DNA of 64,000 bases. Origin: an uncultured virus (IMG/VR IMGVR_UViG_3300042465_006114) (lineage: Duplodnaviria; Heunggongvirae; Uroviricota; Caudoviricetes). Positions 1 to 9,177 of the stretch are shown here, piece by piece. The number at the start of each line of letters is the position of its first letter. Within the stretch, counting starts at the first letter, position 1. The stretch lies in the IMG/VR virus record IMGVR_UViG_3300042465_006114. One strand, written 5' to 3'. The notes beneath the pieces are model-generated. The model did not search any database and had not been told where the DNA came from. It saw only the letters and a list, made by a program, of their open reading frames with translations. The translations under genes were made by a program, and so were the position numbers.

Positions 1-360
1 CCCCCCCTACCAACGTTACTGCAAAAAGTTAAAGAATTTTTTAATAAAATATTTTTGTTTTAAAAAACAGTACAGATAATCATTTTTTATATTAATTATA
101 GCTCTCTTTTTATTAAAAAATTTTTGACTTAATAATTTACAATTGTTTATAAATAATGTCTTAAACAAGCTTAAATCAATCGAATTAATTTGCGGTAAAA
201 AGCAATAAGTAGCTCCGCAGATATGCGTTGAATAGTTTTTTTTGATTTTTATTTATGTTTGCAGACCCAATGCACAGATAAAAATTGATTTTTTTTTAAA
301 TGCCTACTTTAAATTGAATTTTTAAGCATTTGGAGATGTTATTTTGTAGGTTTATGAAAC

Positions 361-490
361 TTTCGTGGGAAAAACTTTTTTTTTTGTGGAACTTTCGTGG
401 AACTTTTGGTATTGAAATACAACAAGTTGTAAAAATATTTGGGAACTTCGTGGGAATAGCTTTTTTTTTCGTGGGAATAACTTGGGAAAA
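361..490 (+). repeat. Cluster of short direct repeats TTCGTGG(G)AA in the non-coding left end
   Basis: TTCGTGGGAA at 362, 447 and 468; TTCGTGGAA at 394; degenerate copies at about 383, 438 and 482. Confidence 0.7.
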
Positions 491-587
491 AGTTGAAGAT
501 TTTAAATGGTTTTGAAGGACTTGATGTAGATGGGTCTGGAAGCATAAAAACTTTAACAGTTTTTTAACTAAAATAATGCAGTTTTAT

Positions 588-634
588 TTTGTCAAACCAA
601 AACACTTTTATATATTTGTACCAATGAACTACTA
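588..634 (+). promoter_or_regulatory. Bacteroidota sigma70-type promoter for the left early operon
   Basis: TTTG (588-591), 19-nt spacer, TATATTTG (611-618) matches the -33/-7 consensus. Confidence 0.75.
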
Positions 635-673
635 ATATTATTAAATTAAAAATTATAGGAACGGAAATTAAAT

Positions 674-895
674 TTGTACGCCAAAATGAGAAATAAAGAA
701 ACACTTGTCAAAGCAGCAAGAAATTATGTAATTAATAACCTTGTTGTAGGTTATGAATCAATTATTTTTAGTTCATTCATTGAAGGTGCTAAATTTCAAA
801 AACAGAATAGTTGCGAACATAATTACATTTTAACATCAGAACAAGGACACAGAGTAATAAAGTGCTTAAAGTGTAATAATACACAATCAATTTAA
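674..895 (+). CDS. Hypothetical protein with C-terminal Cys/His zinc-ribbon-like motif
   Basis: C-x-H...CxxC; the true start is probably the ATG at 686. Confidence 0.6.
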   Translation: MYAKMRNKETLVKAARNYVINNLVVGYESIIFSSFIEGAKFQKQNSCEHNYILTSEQGHRVIKCLKCNNTQSI

Positions 896-906
896 AAAGA
901 AATAAA

Positions 907-1173
907 ATGAAACAAACAGCAGTAGAATGGTTAATTGCAAATATTGATTGGCAATTATTAAAAAATACTACAACGCATTACGATATGATTGTAGAACAAG
1001 CCAAAGAAATGGAAAAGCAACAACAAGGCTATAGTGAGGAAGAAATGGAAAAAATATTTGACTATTGGAATATATTTAACTATCATCAAGATTCTTTTAG
1101 CGGTAAAGATGATTTAACTTTTAAACAATGGTTTAAACAATTTAAAAAGAATAATTATGCCGAGAAAATCTGA
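907..1173 (+). CDS. Small phage protein (MKQTAVEWL / YSEEE / WFxxFK module family)
   Basis: Motifs shared with the 3444 and 5024 ORFs. Confidence 0.7.
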   Translation: MKQTAVEWLIANIDWQLLKNTTTHYDMIVEQAKEMEKQQQGYSEEEMEKIFDYWNIFNYHQDSFSGKDDLTFKQWFKQFKKNNYAEKI

Positions 1174-1477
1174 CAACATCTGTATTAACAATGAATTACT
1201 TGATAGGAGAGTTAAATTAACAAAAGACGACAAAGACTTAATCGCTTATTTAAGAGAAGAAGATGGTACTTCTTATCAAAAATTAGCCAATCGGTTTAAT
1301 GTTTCTAAGAGAACTATAATTTTTATATGCAAACCAAAAACTTTAAAAGTAATGCTGGAATGTAGAAAAAAAAGAGGTGGGTCTGCTTTTTATTATAATA
1401 AAGAAGCACACGCAATCTCAATAAGAGAGCATAGAGAGTACAAAAAAGAATTATTTAATAAAGGTTTAATAAAGTAA
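1157..1477 (+). CDS. Helix-turn-helix DNA-binding protein
   Basis: SYQKLANRFNVSKRTI HTH pattern. Confidence 0.7.
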   Translation: MPRKSDNICINNELLDRRVKLTKDDKDLIAYLREEDGTSYQKLANRFNVSKRTIIFICKPKTLKVMLECRKKRGGSAFYYNKEAHAISIREHREYKKELFNKGLIK

Positions 1478-1479
1478 TT

Positions 1480-1800
1480 ATGGAAGAAGAAAACAATAAG
1501 GAGAAAAAGTTTTTATATGCAACTACTCCAGAGGGTAAAATTAAGATGTTAGATAGCTTTAGTTGTCAAGCAGAAAACAGAATTATTAGCTTATGTCATT
1601 TAGAAGATGAAAGCATAATAATTACGATTGATAGGTTTGAAGAAAGCGAAGAACAACCTTATACTAAAAAGGTTGTAAGTCAGCATTTGCGATTTAAAAA
1701 AATTGCCTTATTAATGGCTTGTTTAAATAAAGCAAATATTGATTTTGGAATAAATGCAGATAAAATAATTGAGGATTTAAACAATAAAAAACAAGAATAA
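1480..1800 (+). CDS. Hypothetical protein
   Basis: Tightly packed ORF in operon. Confidence 0.65.
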   Translation: MEEENNKEKKFLYATTPEGKIKMLDSFSCQAENRIISLCHLEDESIIITIDRFEESEEQPYTKKVVSQHLRFKKIALLMACLNKANIDFGINADKIIEDLNNKKQE

Positions 1801-1802
1801 TT

Positions 1803-2249
1803 ATGGCAATTAATCAAAACAGTATGGATGCTTTTAACCACATCAAAAAAAATGGTTTGTTATCCGATAAACGCTTAAAGGTTTATCAAATATTTGTTCA
1901 AAATCCAGAGGGATTAACTGGTTCAGAAGTGAGTGCTATTTACAAAAATAATTATCCATCTAGCCAATACTCTGAAACTATTAGAAACCGTATAACTGAA
2001 TTAAGAGAAATGGGTGTATTAGATGAAGTGGGTAATGTTGAGTGTAGATTTACAAAGCGAACTGTAATGAAGTATCGAGTAAATACCAAAATGCCTACTA
2101 AACTTGCTCCTAAAAAAAGCCTTAATACCAATATAGATGAAATAATTTCAGATTTGAAAAAATTATGGGAATTAACTATCGTTTCAGATATAAATAAAAG
2201 AATTTTGATTAGACAAATAAAACTTAAACTTGAATCCTTAAAAAAATAG
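1803..2249 (+). CDS. Winged-helix DNA-binding protein
   Basis: GLTGSEV...TIRNRITELREMGVLDEVG wHTH pattern. Confidence 0.65.
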   Translation: MAINQNSMDAFNHIKKNGLLSDKRLKVYQIFVQNPEGLTGSEVSAIYKNNYPSSQYSETIRNRITELREMGVLDEVGNVECRFTKRTVMKYRVNTKMPTKLAPKKSLNTNIDEIISDLKKLWELTIVSDINKRILIRQIKLKLESLKK

Positions 2250-2254
2250 AAATT

Positions 2255-2545
2255 ATGGAAATATATATTCCTTCTAAATTAGAGTTGATTAGATTGACCA
2301 TCAAGGGTAATTGCCAAGATACTGAATCTTTGAATCTAATAAACACTACTCACGCAGAAGTGATTGAGTATGTTATAAAAACCTTTTCTGGATATATGGT
2401 AAAATGTTCAAAGTTTAGAACCACTATTGATATGAGGTATTGCATTGGCGGAGAGAGTTTAAATTCTCAAAGAGTAGTTTTATATGGTATTAAACCATTT
2501 GAAGTGATGAAAGTATTAAATTTTAATTTACAAACTTTAAATTAA
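2255..2545 (+). CDS. Hypothetical protein
   Basis: ORF in operon. Confidence 0.6.
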   Translation: MEIYIPSKLELIRLTIKGNCQDTESLNLINTTHAEVIEYVIKTFSGYMVKCSKFRTTIDMRYCIGGESLNSQRVVLYGIKPFEVMKVLNFNLQTLN

Positions 2546-2651
2546 TAATATTAAAATATGATAAATTTTGTTATTGGAGTAATTATTGGATTATTACTTG
2601 CAGTTTTTTTATTAGAATTGTTTTTACAATATATAAATAAGAGAGAATAAT

Positions 2652-3113
2652 ATGAAACCGCCTAAAAAAATATTTAAAACTGGGAGTAACGGAGAAGAAT
2701 ATTTAGTTGATAATCCAAATTATTCAAAAAGAGGAAAGCCAACAAATGTTAAAATTAAAAAGAAAAAAAAGAAAATAGTTATGGATGCAACAGAAGTAAG
2801 AATTGGAAATTTAGTTAGATTAGATGGTAAAGAATATGAAGTGTCTATACAGTCTTTATATGAAGGTGCTAACGAATACTTTAAACCTATAAATTTAAAC
2901 AAGAAATGGTTTAACAAGTTTGGTTACTATAATGAAAATAGACCAAACCATTTTGCAAAAGACGAAATGACTATTGATGAACATATATTTTGGGATTGTA
3001 ACGGAATATTTATTGACGATAAAAATGGTGTTCGTATTAAATATGTCCACCAGCTTCAAAATCTATATTTCGCACTTAAACAAAGAGAATTAACAATTAA
3101 AAAAGAACAATAA
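2652..3113 (+). CDS. Phage protein of the ELRIGN...YVHQLQNLYFAL type, possibly with a separate start at 2781
   Basis: Motif typical of Bacteroidota phage small proteins; basic N-terminal extension. Confidence 0.6.
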   Translation: MKPPKKIFKTGSNGEEYLVDNPNYSKRGKPTNVKIKKKKKKIVMDATEVRIGNLVRLDGKEYEVSIQSLYEGANEYFKPINLNKKWFNKFGYYNENRPNHFAKDEMTIDEHIFWDCNGIFIDDKNGVRIKYVHQLQNLYFALKQRELTIKKEQ

Positions 3114-3115
3114 TT

Positions 3116-3361
3116 ATGGCAAGTATAACAGTAGATGTAGATTTAGGCGATTTTGATTTAGACGAACTTTTGGATGAAATTATAAATAGGTCTTTTTATC
3201 CTCTTTATAAGCAAGATATTGAGGATTGGGCAAAGGATATGTTTGATATTGAACCATTTAATGAAAATAGAAAATTAAGTCTTTTAGACAAGATAAAAAT
3301 AGATTTCCTTATGGATAATTTAGATAAAATTAAACTGAATGATTTAGAAAATTTAATTTAG
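3116..3361 (+). CDS. Acidic hypothetical protein
   Basis: ORF in operon. Confidence 0.6.
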   Translation: MASITVDVDLGDFDLDELLDEIINRSFYPLYKQDIEDWAKDMFDIEPFNENRKLSLLDKIKIDFLMDNLDKIKLNDLENLI

Positions 3362-3443
3362 AAAACTATGTTAGTAGGTATTTTTGATTTGTTATGGGAA
3401 TTAATTGAGATGATATTTAAAATTTTTAAAAGAAAATAAAATA

Positions 3444-3818
3444 ATGAAAAAAGAAACACTTGAAGAAGCAATAGGATTATTAAAACAGACAACTGAATAC
3501 GAAGTGTTGCAAAGTTTTAGGGATAAAGTGGTTAAGCTTGAAGAAGAAATAAGATATAGCGAGGAAGAAGTTCCGTACCAGCAAGAGTTATTTGACTATT
3601 TGGAAAATGAATTAGGTGTTATTGCTTTAATGGGTCAGATGCACGATATTGAAGATATAGTTTTGAATATGAAACCTAAACAAGTAAAAAGTTATGGCGA
3701 TGGGGAATTATTTAAAATCATTAACGATTTTTGCTTTGATTGGAATTACAATTACAAAGGAGAATTAAGCCAAAAGCAGTATTTGATAGAGTGGTTTGAA
3801 AAATTTAAAAACAATTAA
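3444..3818 (+). CDS. Small modular phage protein (ETLEEA / YSEEE / WFEKFK)
   Basis: Shared modules with 907 and 5024. Confidence 0.7.
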   Translation: MKKETLEEAIGLLKQTTEYEVLQSFRDKVVKLEEEIRYSEEEVPYQQELFDYLENELGVIALMGQMHDIEDIVLNMKPKQVKSYGDGELFKIINDFCFDWNYNYKGELSQKQYLIEWFEKFKNN

Positions 3819-3821
3819 GCT

Positions 3822-4031
3822 ATGATAAAAGAAGTGAAAATGTTCACATTGGTTTGTGATTGTTGTGGTAAAGATGTAAACGAAGATACTGCTTATTCTT
3901 GTTGGAATGAAACAAGTTATCTACACGATTTAGCAGATGATGAAGGTTGGGCAAAAGATGGAGATAAAGACTATTGTGAAGATTGCTTTGAGTATGATGA
4001 TAATGACCAGTTAATAATTGAAAAAAAATAA
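3822..4031 (+). CDS. Zinc-finger protein
   Basis: CDCC...GW...YCEDC. Confidence 0.65.
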   Translation: MIKEVKMFTLVCDCCGKDVNEDTAYSCWNETSYLHDLADDEGWAKDGDKDYCEDCFEYDDNDQLIIEKK

Positions 4032-4039
4032 ATAAGATT

Positions 4040-4324
4040 ATGAAAAACATACACATATTGCTATTAACACTACTACTTAGTTCTTGTACAGAGCCTAAAT
4101 ACACTCATATAGGTCAAGAAATAATTGATGGTAAAGTTTCCGCTATTAAAGGTGGCATAGAAAGACATTGTAGGGGCTGTATAAGTGATTATCCTATGAT
4201 TTGGGTACAAACTAGTACTGCAACTAGACAAGTGCAAATTCCTTTTGAATATGAAGGAAAATGGAAAATAGGAGATAGTTGTTTATTAATCATTGAAAAA
4301 TACAAAGAAAATGAAACCAAGTAG
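4040..4324 (+). CDS. Putative lipoprotein
   Basis: MKNIHILLLTLLLSSC lipobox-like signal peptide. Confidence 0.6.
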   Translation: MKNIHILLLTLLLSSCTEPKYTHIGQEIIDGKVSAIKGGIERHCRGCISDYPMIWVQTSTATRQVQIPFEYEGKWKIGDSCLLIIEKYKENETK

Positions 4325-5027
4325 AAACATACACATATTACCAACAGACAAACTAAGTAGGTTGTACTTCTTTAAAGGAAACAATGAATACCCAACGCAA
4401 TATGGATTAAGAAGTTTAAAAAGTTTGCCTTTTAATGATTCTATTGCTAATCAAAACATATACATCACTTCTGATGAATTTATAGACAACGACTGGGTGT
4501 TAAATACAATTATTGGTAAAGTGTTTTTTAACAACACAAAATTAGATTTAGTGTTGCCAGTTACTAAAAAAATCATACTAACAACAGACCCTAAACTTAT
4601 TGAAAATGGAGTACAAGCTATTGACGATGAGTTTTTAGAATGTTTTGTAAAGAACCCAAGTTGTGAGGAAGTTGAGGTAAATAAAAGTTATAGTGGTACT
4701 TATTATATTGCATTTCCTTACAAAATAATAATTCCAAAAGAAGAACTTGAAAAAGAAACAATTGAAGAAGTTGCTAAAGGAATATTAACTACAAATGGTT
4801 TATCAGATGAAGATATGATTATAAGCGATACTTTTTTAAAAGTTGTAAATTCAATGGTTGATATGGCTAGATGGCAACAACAAAATAATACTTCAAAAGT
4901 AAACAGAGTAGAAGTAATACAACATTCAGAACCTTTCAACGGTAGAGCATATACAAACTATAATGCTAAGTATGTTGAGATACAATTTCAAGATAATGGT
5001 AAAACACTTAAAATATTTTTAAAATGA
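4293..5027 (+). CDS. Modular phage protein (NIHILPTDK / QNIYITSDE / KKIILTTDPKLI type)
   Basis: ORF; contains an ETIEEVA module; start probably at 4311. Confidence 0.65.
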   Translation: MKNTKKMKPSRNIHILPTDKLSRLYFFKGNNEYPTQYGLRSLKSLPFNDSIANQNIYITSDEFIDNDWVLNTIIGKVFFNNTKLDLVLPVTKKIILTTDPKLIENGVQAIDDEFLECFVKNPSCEEVEVNKSYSGTYYIAFPYKIIIPKEELEKETIEEVAKGILTTNGLSDEDMIISDTFLKVVNSMVDMARWQQQNNTSKVNRVEVIQHSEPFNGRAYTNYNAKYVEIQFQDNGKTLKIFLK

Positions 5028-5299
5028 AACAAGAAACACTTGAAGAAGCTGCTGAAAGATTATATCCCGAAAATATAGAATCAATAATGGATGGATACCA
5101 CGATTCAAATAGTTATCAAAGGGAATCATTTATAAATGGCTATAAATTAGCACAAGAAATAAGTTATAGTGAGGAAGAATTGTTGAATTTATTAACCCAT
5201 TTTGCAGTTGAAATTCAAAGGCAAAATAAAAAAGGGCAATATCCAATCGAGATAAAAGGTTGGTTTGAACGCAATAAAGACAAATTTAAAAATAGATAA
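5024..5299 (+). CDS. Small modular phage protein (MKQETLEEAA / YSEEE)
   Basis: Shared modules. Confidence 0.7.
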   Translation: MKQETLEEAAERLYPENIESIMDGYHDSNSYQRESFINGYKLAQEISYSEEELLNLLTHFAVEIQRQNKKGQYPIEIKGWFERNKDKFKNR

Positions 5300-5552
5300 G
5301 ATGAAAAAATGTACTGGATGTGGCACACTTGATAACGAATCGTTAGGCTTAAATTCACTGGGTAATAAGTATCTTGGCTGTTGTCCAGATAATGATTATG
5401 TTGATTTGACTTTGCCAGAGTTAAGGCTTGAATTAAAGGAAGTTAATAAGCAACTTGACAAACTTTTGTCGTTTGGAAGTAATGATGAAAGTATTGTTGA
5501 CAAGAAAAGAGATTTACAAAAAGAGATTAGAGATTTAAAATCTAAAAAATAA
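5265..5552 (+). CDS. Cys-rich hypothetical protein with coiled coil
   Basis: CxxC...CCPD; start probably at 5301. Confidence 0.6.
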   Translation: MNAIKTNLKIDKMKKCTGCGTLDNESLGLNSLGNKYLGCCPDNDYVDLTLPELRLELKEVNKQLDKLLSFGSNDESIVDKKRDLQKEIRDLKSKK

Positions 5553-5935
5553 TGAAAAAAGAAACTACAAATCAGATTATTAAAAAATCAATAAATAAAA
5601 AACTAATGGATATAATTTTTGAAAAAGTAGGGGATATAGTTTTTGAAAGAGTAGAGGACTTAAAACCATTGTCTTATACAGACGAGGAGCAAATGCTATT
5701 ACATAGCGATAAATTTTTAAAAGTTAAAGTAAAGTCAGTTGCTTTGCCAAAAGGATTTGTTTTTTTATATAAAACAGAAGAAGAAACTTTAAAGTGGATG
5801 ACCGATAAAATCCATAACGTACACAGTGCCTTTTCTCAAATAAATTGCAAATATAAAGAGGATGCCTACCAAGTAAGCTGGAATAATAATAAGATGCAGA
5901 ATCAAAGATATTTAGAAACTACTGGAAAAATATAA
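5552..5935 (+). CDS. Hypothetical protein
   Basis: Overlapping stop/start with the upstream gene. Confidence 0.6.
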   Translation: MKKETTNQIIKKSINKKLMDIIFEKVGDIVFERVEDLKPLSYTDEEQMLLHSDKFLKVKVKSVALPKGFVFLYKTEEETLKWMTDKIHNVHSAFSQINCKYKEDAYQVSWNNNKMQNQRYLETTGKI

Positions 5936-5939
5936 ACCA

Positions 5940-6137
5940 ATGGAAGAACTAAAAAAAGCAATTTTAGAAAAGCAAAAATTGAGTGAAAATAAATGCGGTA
6001 CATCAATTGTTTATTTAATGCGAAAACTCAATTTAAGTTTAGAAGAAATTAAAATAATGCTAAATGAATTATACTCTCAAAAATTTATAATTATTAGACA
6101 AGGAATTAATGATAAATTGATATTTTTAAAACGTTAA
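5940..6137 (+). CDS. Small winged-helix-like protein
   Basis: Helical pattern ending in beta-hairpin IIRQGINDKLIFL. Confidence 0.5.
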   Translation: MEELKKAILEKQKLSENKCGTSIVYLMRKLNLSLEEIKIMLNELYSQKFIIIRQGINDKLIFLKR

Positions 6138-6259
6138 TTATCACGAAAATCTTAATTTGAAATGTTTGCACTCTCTCTTGTTCAGTTTATATTCTTCTTA
6201 TAAATAATATTTTTTAATATAAATTAGTATTTTTACAGATATTTATTTAAAAAAATATT

Positions 6260-7159
6260 ATGAAGTCAAAAAACTATATAATAATTGGAGGGATTGCAGT
6301 AGCATTGTTCTTATTATGGAAAAAAATTCAAAAAAATAATTTAAAAACTACTGTTATTAGTGGAGGTTCTAGTGTCGCACCTAATCCAATAGACGTAGTG
6401 CCGACTAATAACAATTCGCAATTAGCAGAACAAGCAAGGTTAGCCGAAATAGCCAGATTAAAAGCAATAGAAACTGCAAAGTTAGCAGAACAAGCTAAAT
6501 TAGCTGAATTAGCTAGATTAAAAGCAATAGAAACTGCAAGGATAGCTGAATTAGCAAGAGTAGCTGAACAAGATAGATTATCGGAAATAGCAAGATTAGT
6601 AGCAAAAGCTAAATATGAAGAAATAGATAGATTAAAAGCAATAGAAATTGCAAAATTAGTTGAAATAGCAAGGTTAGCAGAAGTGTCAAGATTAGCCGAA
6701 ATAGCAAGATTAGAGCAATTGACTGGACAAACAAGATTAGCTGAACAAGCGAGATTGTTAGAAATAGCAAGATTAAAAGCAATAGAAACTGCAAGATTGG
6801 CTGAACAAGCAAGGATGGCAGAAATAGCAAGATTAGCTTTAATTAATTTTGAAACTCCTACAAGAGGTTCTAATATTTTGCCTTACCCAACAGATGTAGT
6901 GCCAGTAAATACTTATACGCCTACTCCTTCACGAAGTGGTGGTGCAGTAAATCCGAATACTTATGTTCCTCCTGTTTATGTAGCACCTTATGTTCCTCCT
7001 TATGTTACTCCTAATGTTATTCCTAATTATGACGTAATTTTAACTCCTTCAATCGCTCCTTCTTATAGCGGTGGCGGTAGTGGCGGTAGTGGAGCTGGTT
7101 CAATTAGAGGTATAGATAATGTATTAGGGGCGATACCAAGACAAAAGTATATAATATAA
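6260..7159 (+). CDS. N-anchored membrane protein with ARLAEIARLKAIET repeats and Pro/Gly-rich tail
   Basis: N-terminal TM followed by KK; tandem helical repeats at about 6420-6840. Confidence 0.8.
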   Translation: MKSKNYIIIGGIAVALFLLWKKIQKNNLKTTVISGGSSVAPNPIDVVPTNNNSQLAEQARLAEIARLKAIETAKLAEQAKLAELARLKAIETARIAELARVAEQDRLSEIARLVAKAKYEEIDRLKAIEIAKLVEIARLAEVSRLAEIARLEQLTGQTRLAEQARLLEIARLKAIETARLAEQARMAEIARLALINFETPTRGSNILPYPTDVVPVNTYTPTPSRSGGAVNPNTYVPPVYVAPYVPPYVTPNVIPNYDVILTPSIAPSYSGGGSGGSGAGSIRGIDNVLGAIPRQKYII

Positions 7160-7172
7160 TAATTATTATAAT

Positions 7173-7637
7173 ATGAAAAATTCAACAAAATTAATAGGAG
7201 TAGGAGTAGTGGCTACAATAATAGCGTTACTATATTTTAAAAGTAAAAAAACAAATTCAACTTTAACTTCTAAAAGCATAACAACTAGCAATAACGAAAT
7301 TACAACTACTGATGAAGTTACTGCTCCAAAAAGCTCTAGTGTTTTGCCTTACCCAATAGATGTAGTGCCAGTAAAGCCTACTTATATAGCTCCAAGAACT
7401 CCTATTTATGTTGCTCCAACAACTCCTACTTATGTAAATCCTATTAACGGTGGTCGTATAATAGATTATGTAAGCGGAGGTTCAAGAGGAGTAGATGTAA
7501 CTCCAATTGATAGTATTGGCATAGATTACGGTGTTAGAATTGGAAATGGTGGAGGTAGCTCTGCCATTAATCTTGGCATAGGAGATTATGATTATAATCG
7601 TGTTAAATCAAATTATTATGAACAAGTAATGCAATAA
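7173..7637 (+). CDS. N-anchored membrane protein, partial paralog of 6260 ORF
   Basis: TM; shared LPYPxDVVPV segment. Confidence 0.75.
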   Translation: MKNSTKLIGVGVVATIIALLYFKSKKTNSTLTSKSITTSNNEITTTDEVTAPKSSSVLPYPIDVVPVKPTYIAPRTPIYVAPTTPTYVNPINGGRIIDYVSGGSRGVDVTPIDSIGIDYGVRIGNGGGSSAINLGIGDYDYNRVKSNYYEQVMQ

Positions 7638-7647
7638 TAACAATAAT

Positions 7648-7926
7648 ATGAAATTAGAAAACAAAAAATATTTAGTTTACGGAGGACTTGCAGTAATAGT
7701 AGGTTCTGTTGGGTATATACTTTACTCATTAATTTTTGTAAAAAAACAAATTGCTGAAAAAGACGAAACAGTTGAATCTGTAACTGAAACGCCTACTCAA
7801 ACAAATACTTTTAAAGATTTGTTAGATAATCCAGAAATACCATCTGGAATAGACTGGAAATTTAAAACCCCACCTATTGCTCCTAAAGGTTTTTTTGACA
7901 CAAGAAAAAATATTTTTATGAATTAA
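7648..7926 (+). CDS. Single-TM protein
   Basis: YLVYGGLAVIVGSVGYILYSLIF hydrophobic segment. Confidence 0.7.
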   Translation: MKLENKKYLVYGGLAVIVGSVGYILYSLIFVKKQIAEKDETVESVTETPTQTNTFKDLLDNPEIPSGIDWKFKTPPIAPKGFFDTRKNIFMN

Positions 7927-7948
7927 AACATAAATAATATTTAAAATT

Positions 7949-7970
7949 AAGGGCGAAAGTCCTTTTTTTT
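7949..7970 (+). terminator. Intrinsic terminator
   Basis: AAGGGC-GAAA-GTCCTT followed by T-run. Confidence 0.7.
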
Positions 7971-7982
7971 ATTATTTATTTG

Positions 7983-7990
7983 TATATTTG
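7983..7990 (+). promoter_or_regulatory. Bacteroidota -7 promoter element
   Basis: TATATTTG followed by TACCAA, as at 611. Confidence 0.6.
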
Positions 7991-8015
7991 TACCAACAAC
8001 CTAAATAAATTTATT

Positions 8016-8297
8016 ATGGCAAGACCAAGACAACTTAAAAATCAAGTATTAGCGTTGAGAGCAGAAGGAAAATCCTATCGTGCTATTCAAAAAGAATTAG
8101 AATGTTCCAGAGGAACTATTAATTATCATTGTAAAGATAACGATATGACCGATACTGGAATGAAGATACACCCAATAGCCAAAGAAATTAAAATACAAAT
8201 TGCTGAATACTGTCAAACTAATACAAGTGTTAAAGCAACTGAACATTTTGGATTATCATTATCGACTATCAAAAAGTATAGAAAATATCAAGGGTAA
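8016..8297 (+). CDS. Double HTH protein
   Basis: GKSYRAIQKELECSRGTI and KATEHFGLSLSTIKKY; ATG at 8016 downstream of the promoter. Confidence 0.7.
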   Translation: MARPRQLKNQVLALRAEGKSYRAIQKELECSRGTINYHCKDNDMTDTGMKIHPIAKEIKIQIAEYCQTNTSVKATEHFGLSLSTIKKYRKYQG

Positions 8298-8302
8298 AAC
8301 CA

Positions 8303-9175
8303 ATGAAAAAAAATTATTCGTTACGTATATTCAATCTTTTAGCAAAGAGGGTTTATAAGCTATCTAAAAAACGCAAGTTAGGTTGGAAATGGAGAGATGT
8401 TCAAAAATGGACATCGGCTAATCTATTCAAACTATACAAGGGTAAGCCAATATCTAAGATTAAAGTAACGGAAGTTGATTCTGTTATTATTTCTATTTTA
8501 GATGCTACGCCAACGCCTACTGGAGTACCTACACCTACACAAAAACCAAGTGTTTGTTTTGATGTTTTTAATATCCCTACAAAAGATTTAAAAGATATTA
8601 ATTGGTGGATGCTTTCTGACCAAGTTAATTTTTTTGACGACAACTTAAATATAAGAGTTGCTATTGGAAGTATTATTGATACTGGAGTAGTTAAAAAGTA
8701 TGAACTACCTAATTTAAACGAAACAGTAGAAGATTTGCGTAGAATTGGTTATGGTTCTGACGAGAATATAATTTTTAGAATATTAGTTGCTCCTAACAAA
8801 AGCGATGATGGCAAACCTTGCTCTTATTATGTATTGGTTACTTTAATGGGTTCTCCTTTAGATAGCGAAAGTTCACAAGAAGAAATTTTTAAGACAATTA
8901 CAGAAGAAGATTTACCAGCCAATTTAAAAAAGGTTAGGGAAATAAAAATGAAGAAACGCCAAGAGATTATTGATTTAAGAATAGCTAAGAAAAAATCATT
9001 AGAAAGAGTTCGACCAGAAAAAGTTGAAGGACAAGATGAAGCAGAAAAAAAACAGATTGAAGAAACTTTGAAAAATTTAGAAAGTCTATATTCTAAAAAG
9101 TTAATCAGTAAAGAGTTGTTTTTAGCTAACGTAAAAGAATTAAAATCTAAACTAAAATTTGGAGGTAAGATTTAA
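8303..9175 (+). CDS. Hypothetical protein with basic N-terminus, preceding the PolB-like gene
   Basis: 290 aa ORF; ends LKFGGKI. Confidence 0.7.
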   Translation: MKKNYSLRIFNLLAKRVYKLSKKRKLGWKWRDVQKWTSANLFKLYKGKPISKIKVTEVDSVIISILDATPTPTGVPTPTQKPSVCFDVFNIPTKDLKDINWWMLSDQVNFFDDNLNIRVAIGSIIDTGVVKKYELPNLNETVEDLRRIGYGSDENIIFRILVAPNKSDDGKPCSYYVLVTLMGSPLDSESSQEEIFKTITEEDLPANLKKVREIKMKKRQEIIDLRIAKKKSLERVRPEKVEGQDEAEKKQIEETLKNLESLYSKKLISKELFLANVKELKSKLKFGGKI

Positions 9176-9177
9176 AA

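Noticed and set aside
361..490. CRISPR array
   Set aside because: Repeats are only about 10 bp with irregular spacing, and no cas genes are present
330..545. ORFs 330-515 (+) and 339-545 (-)
   Set aside because: Low-complexity translations of the repeat region, upstream of the first promoter
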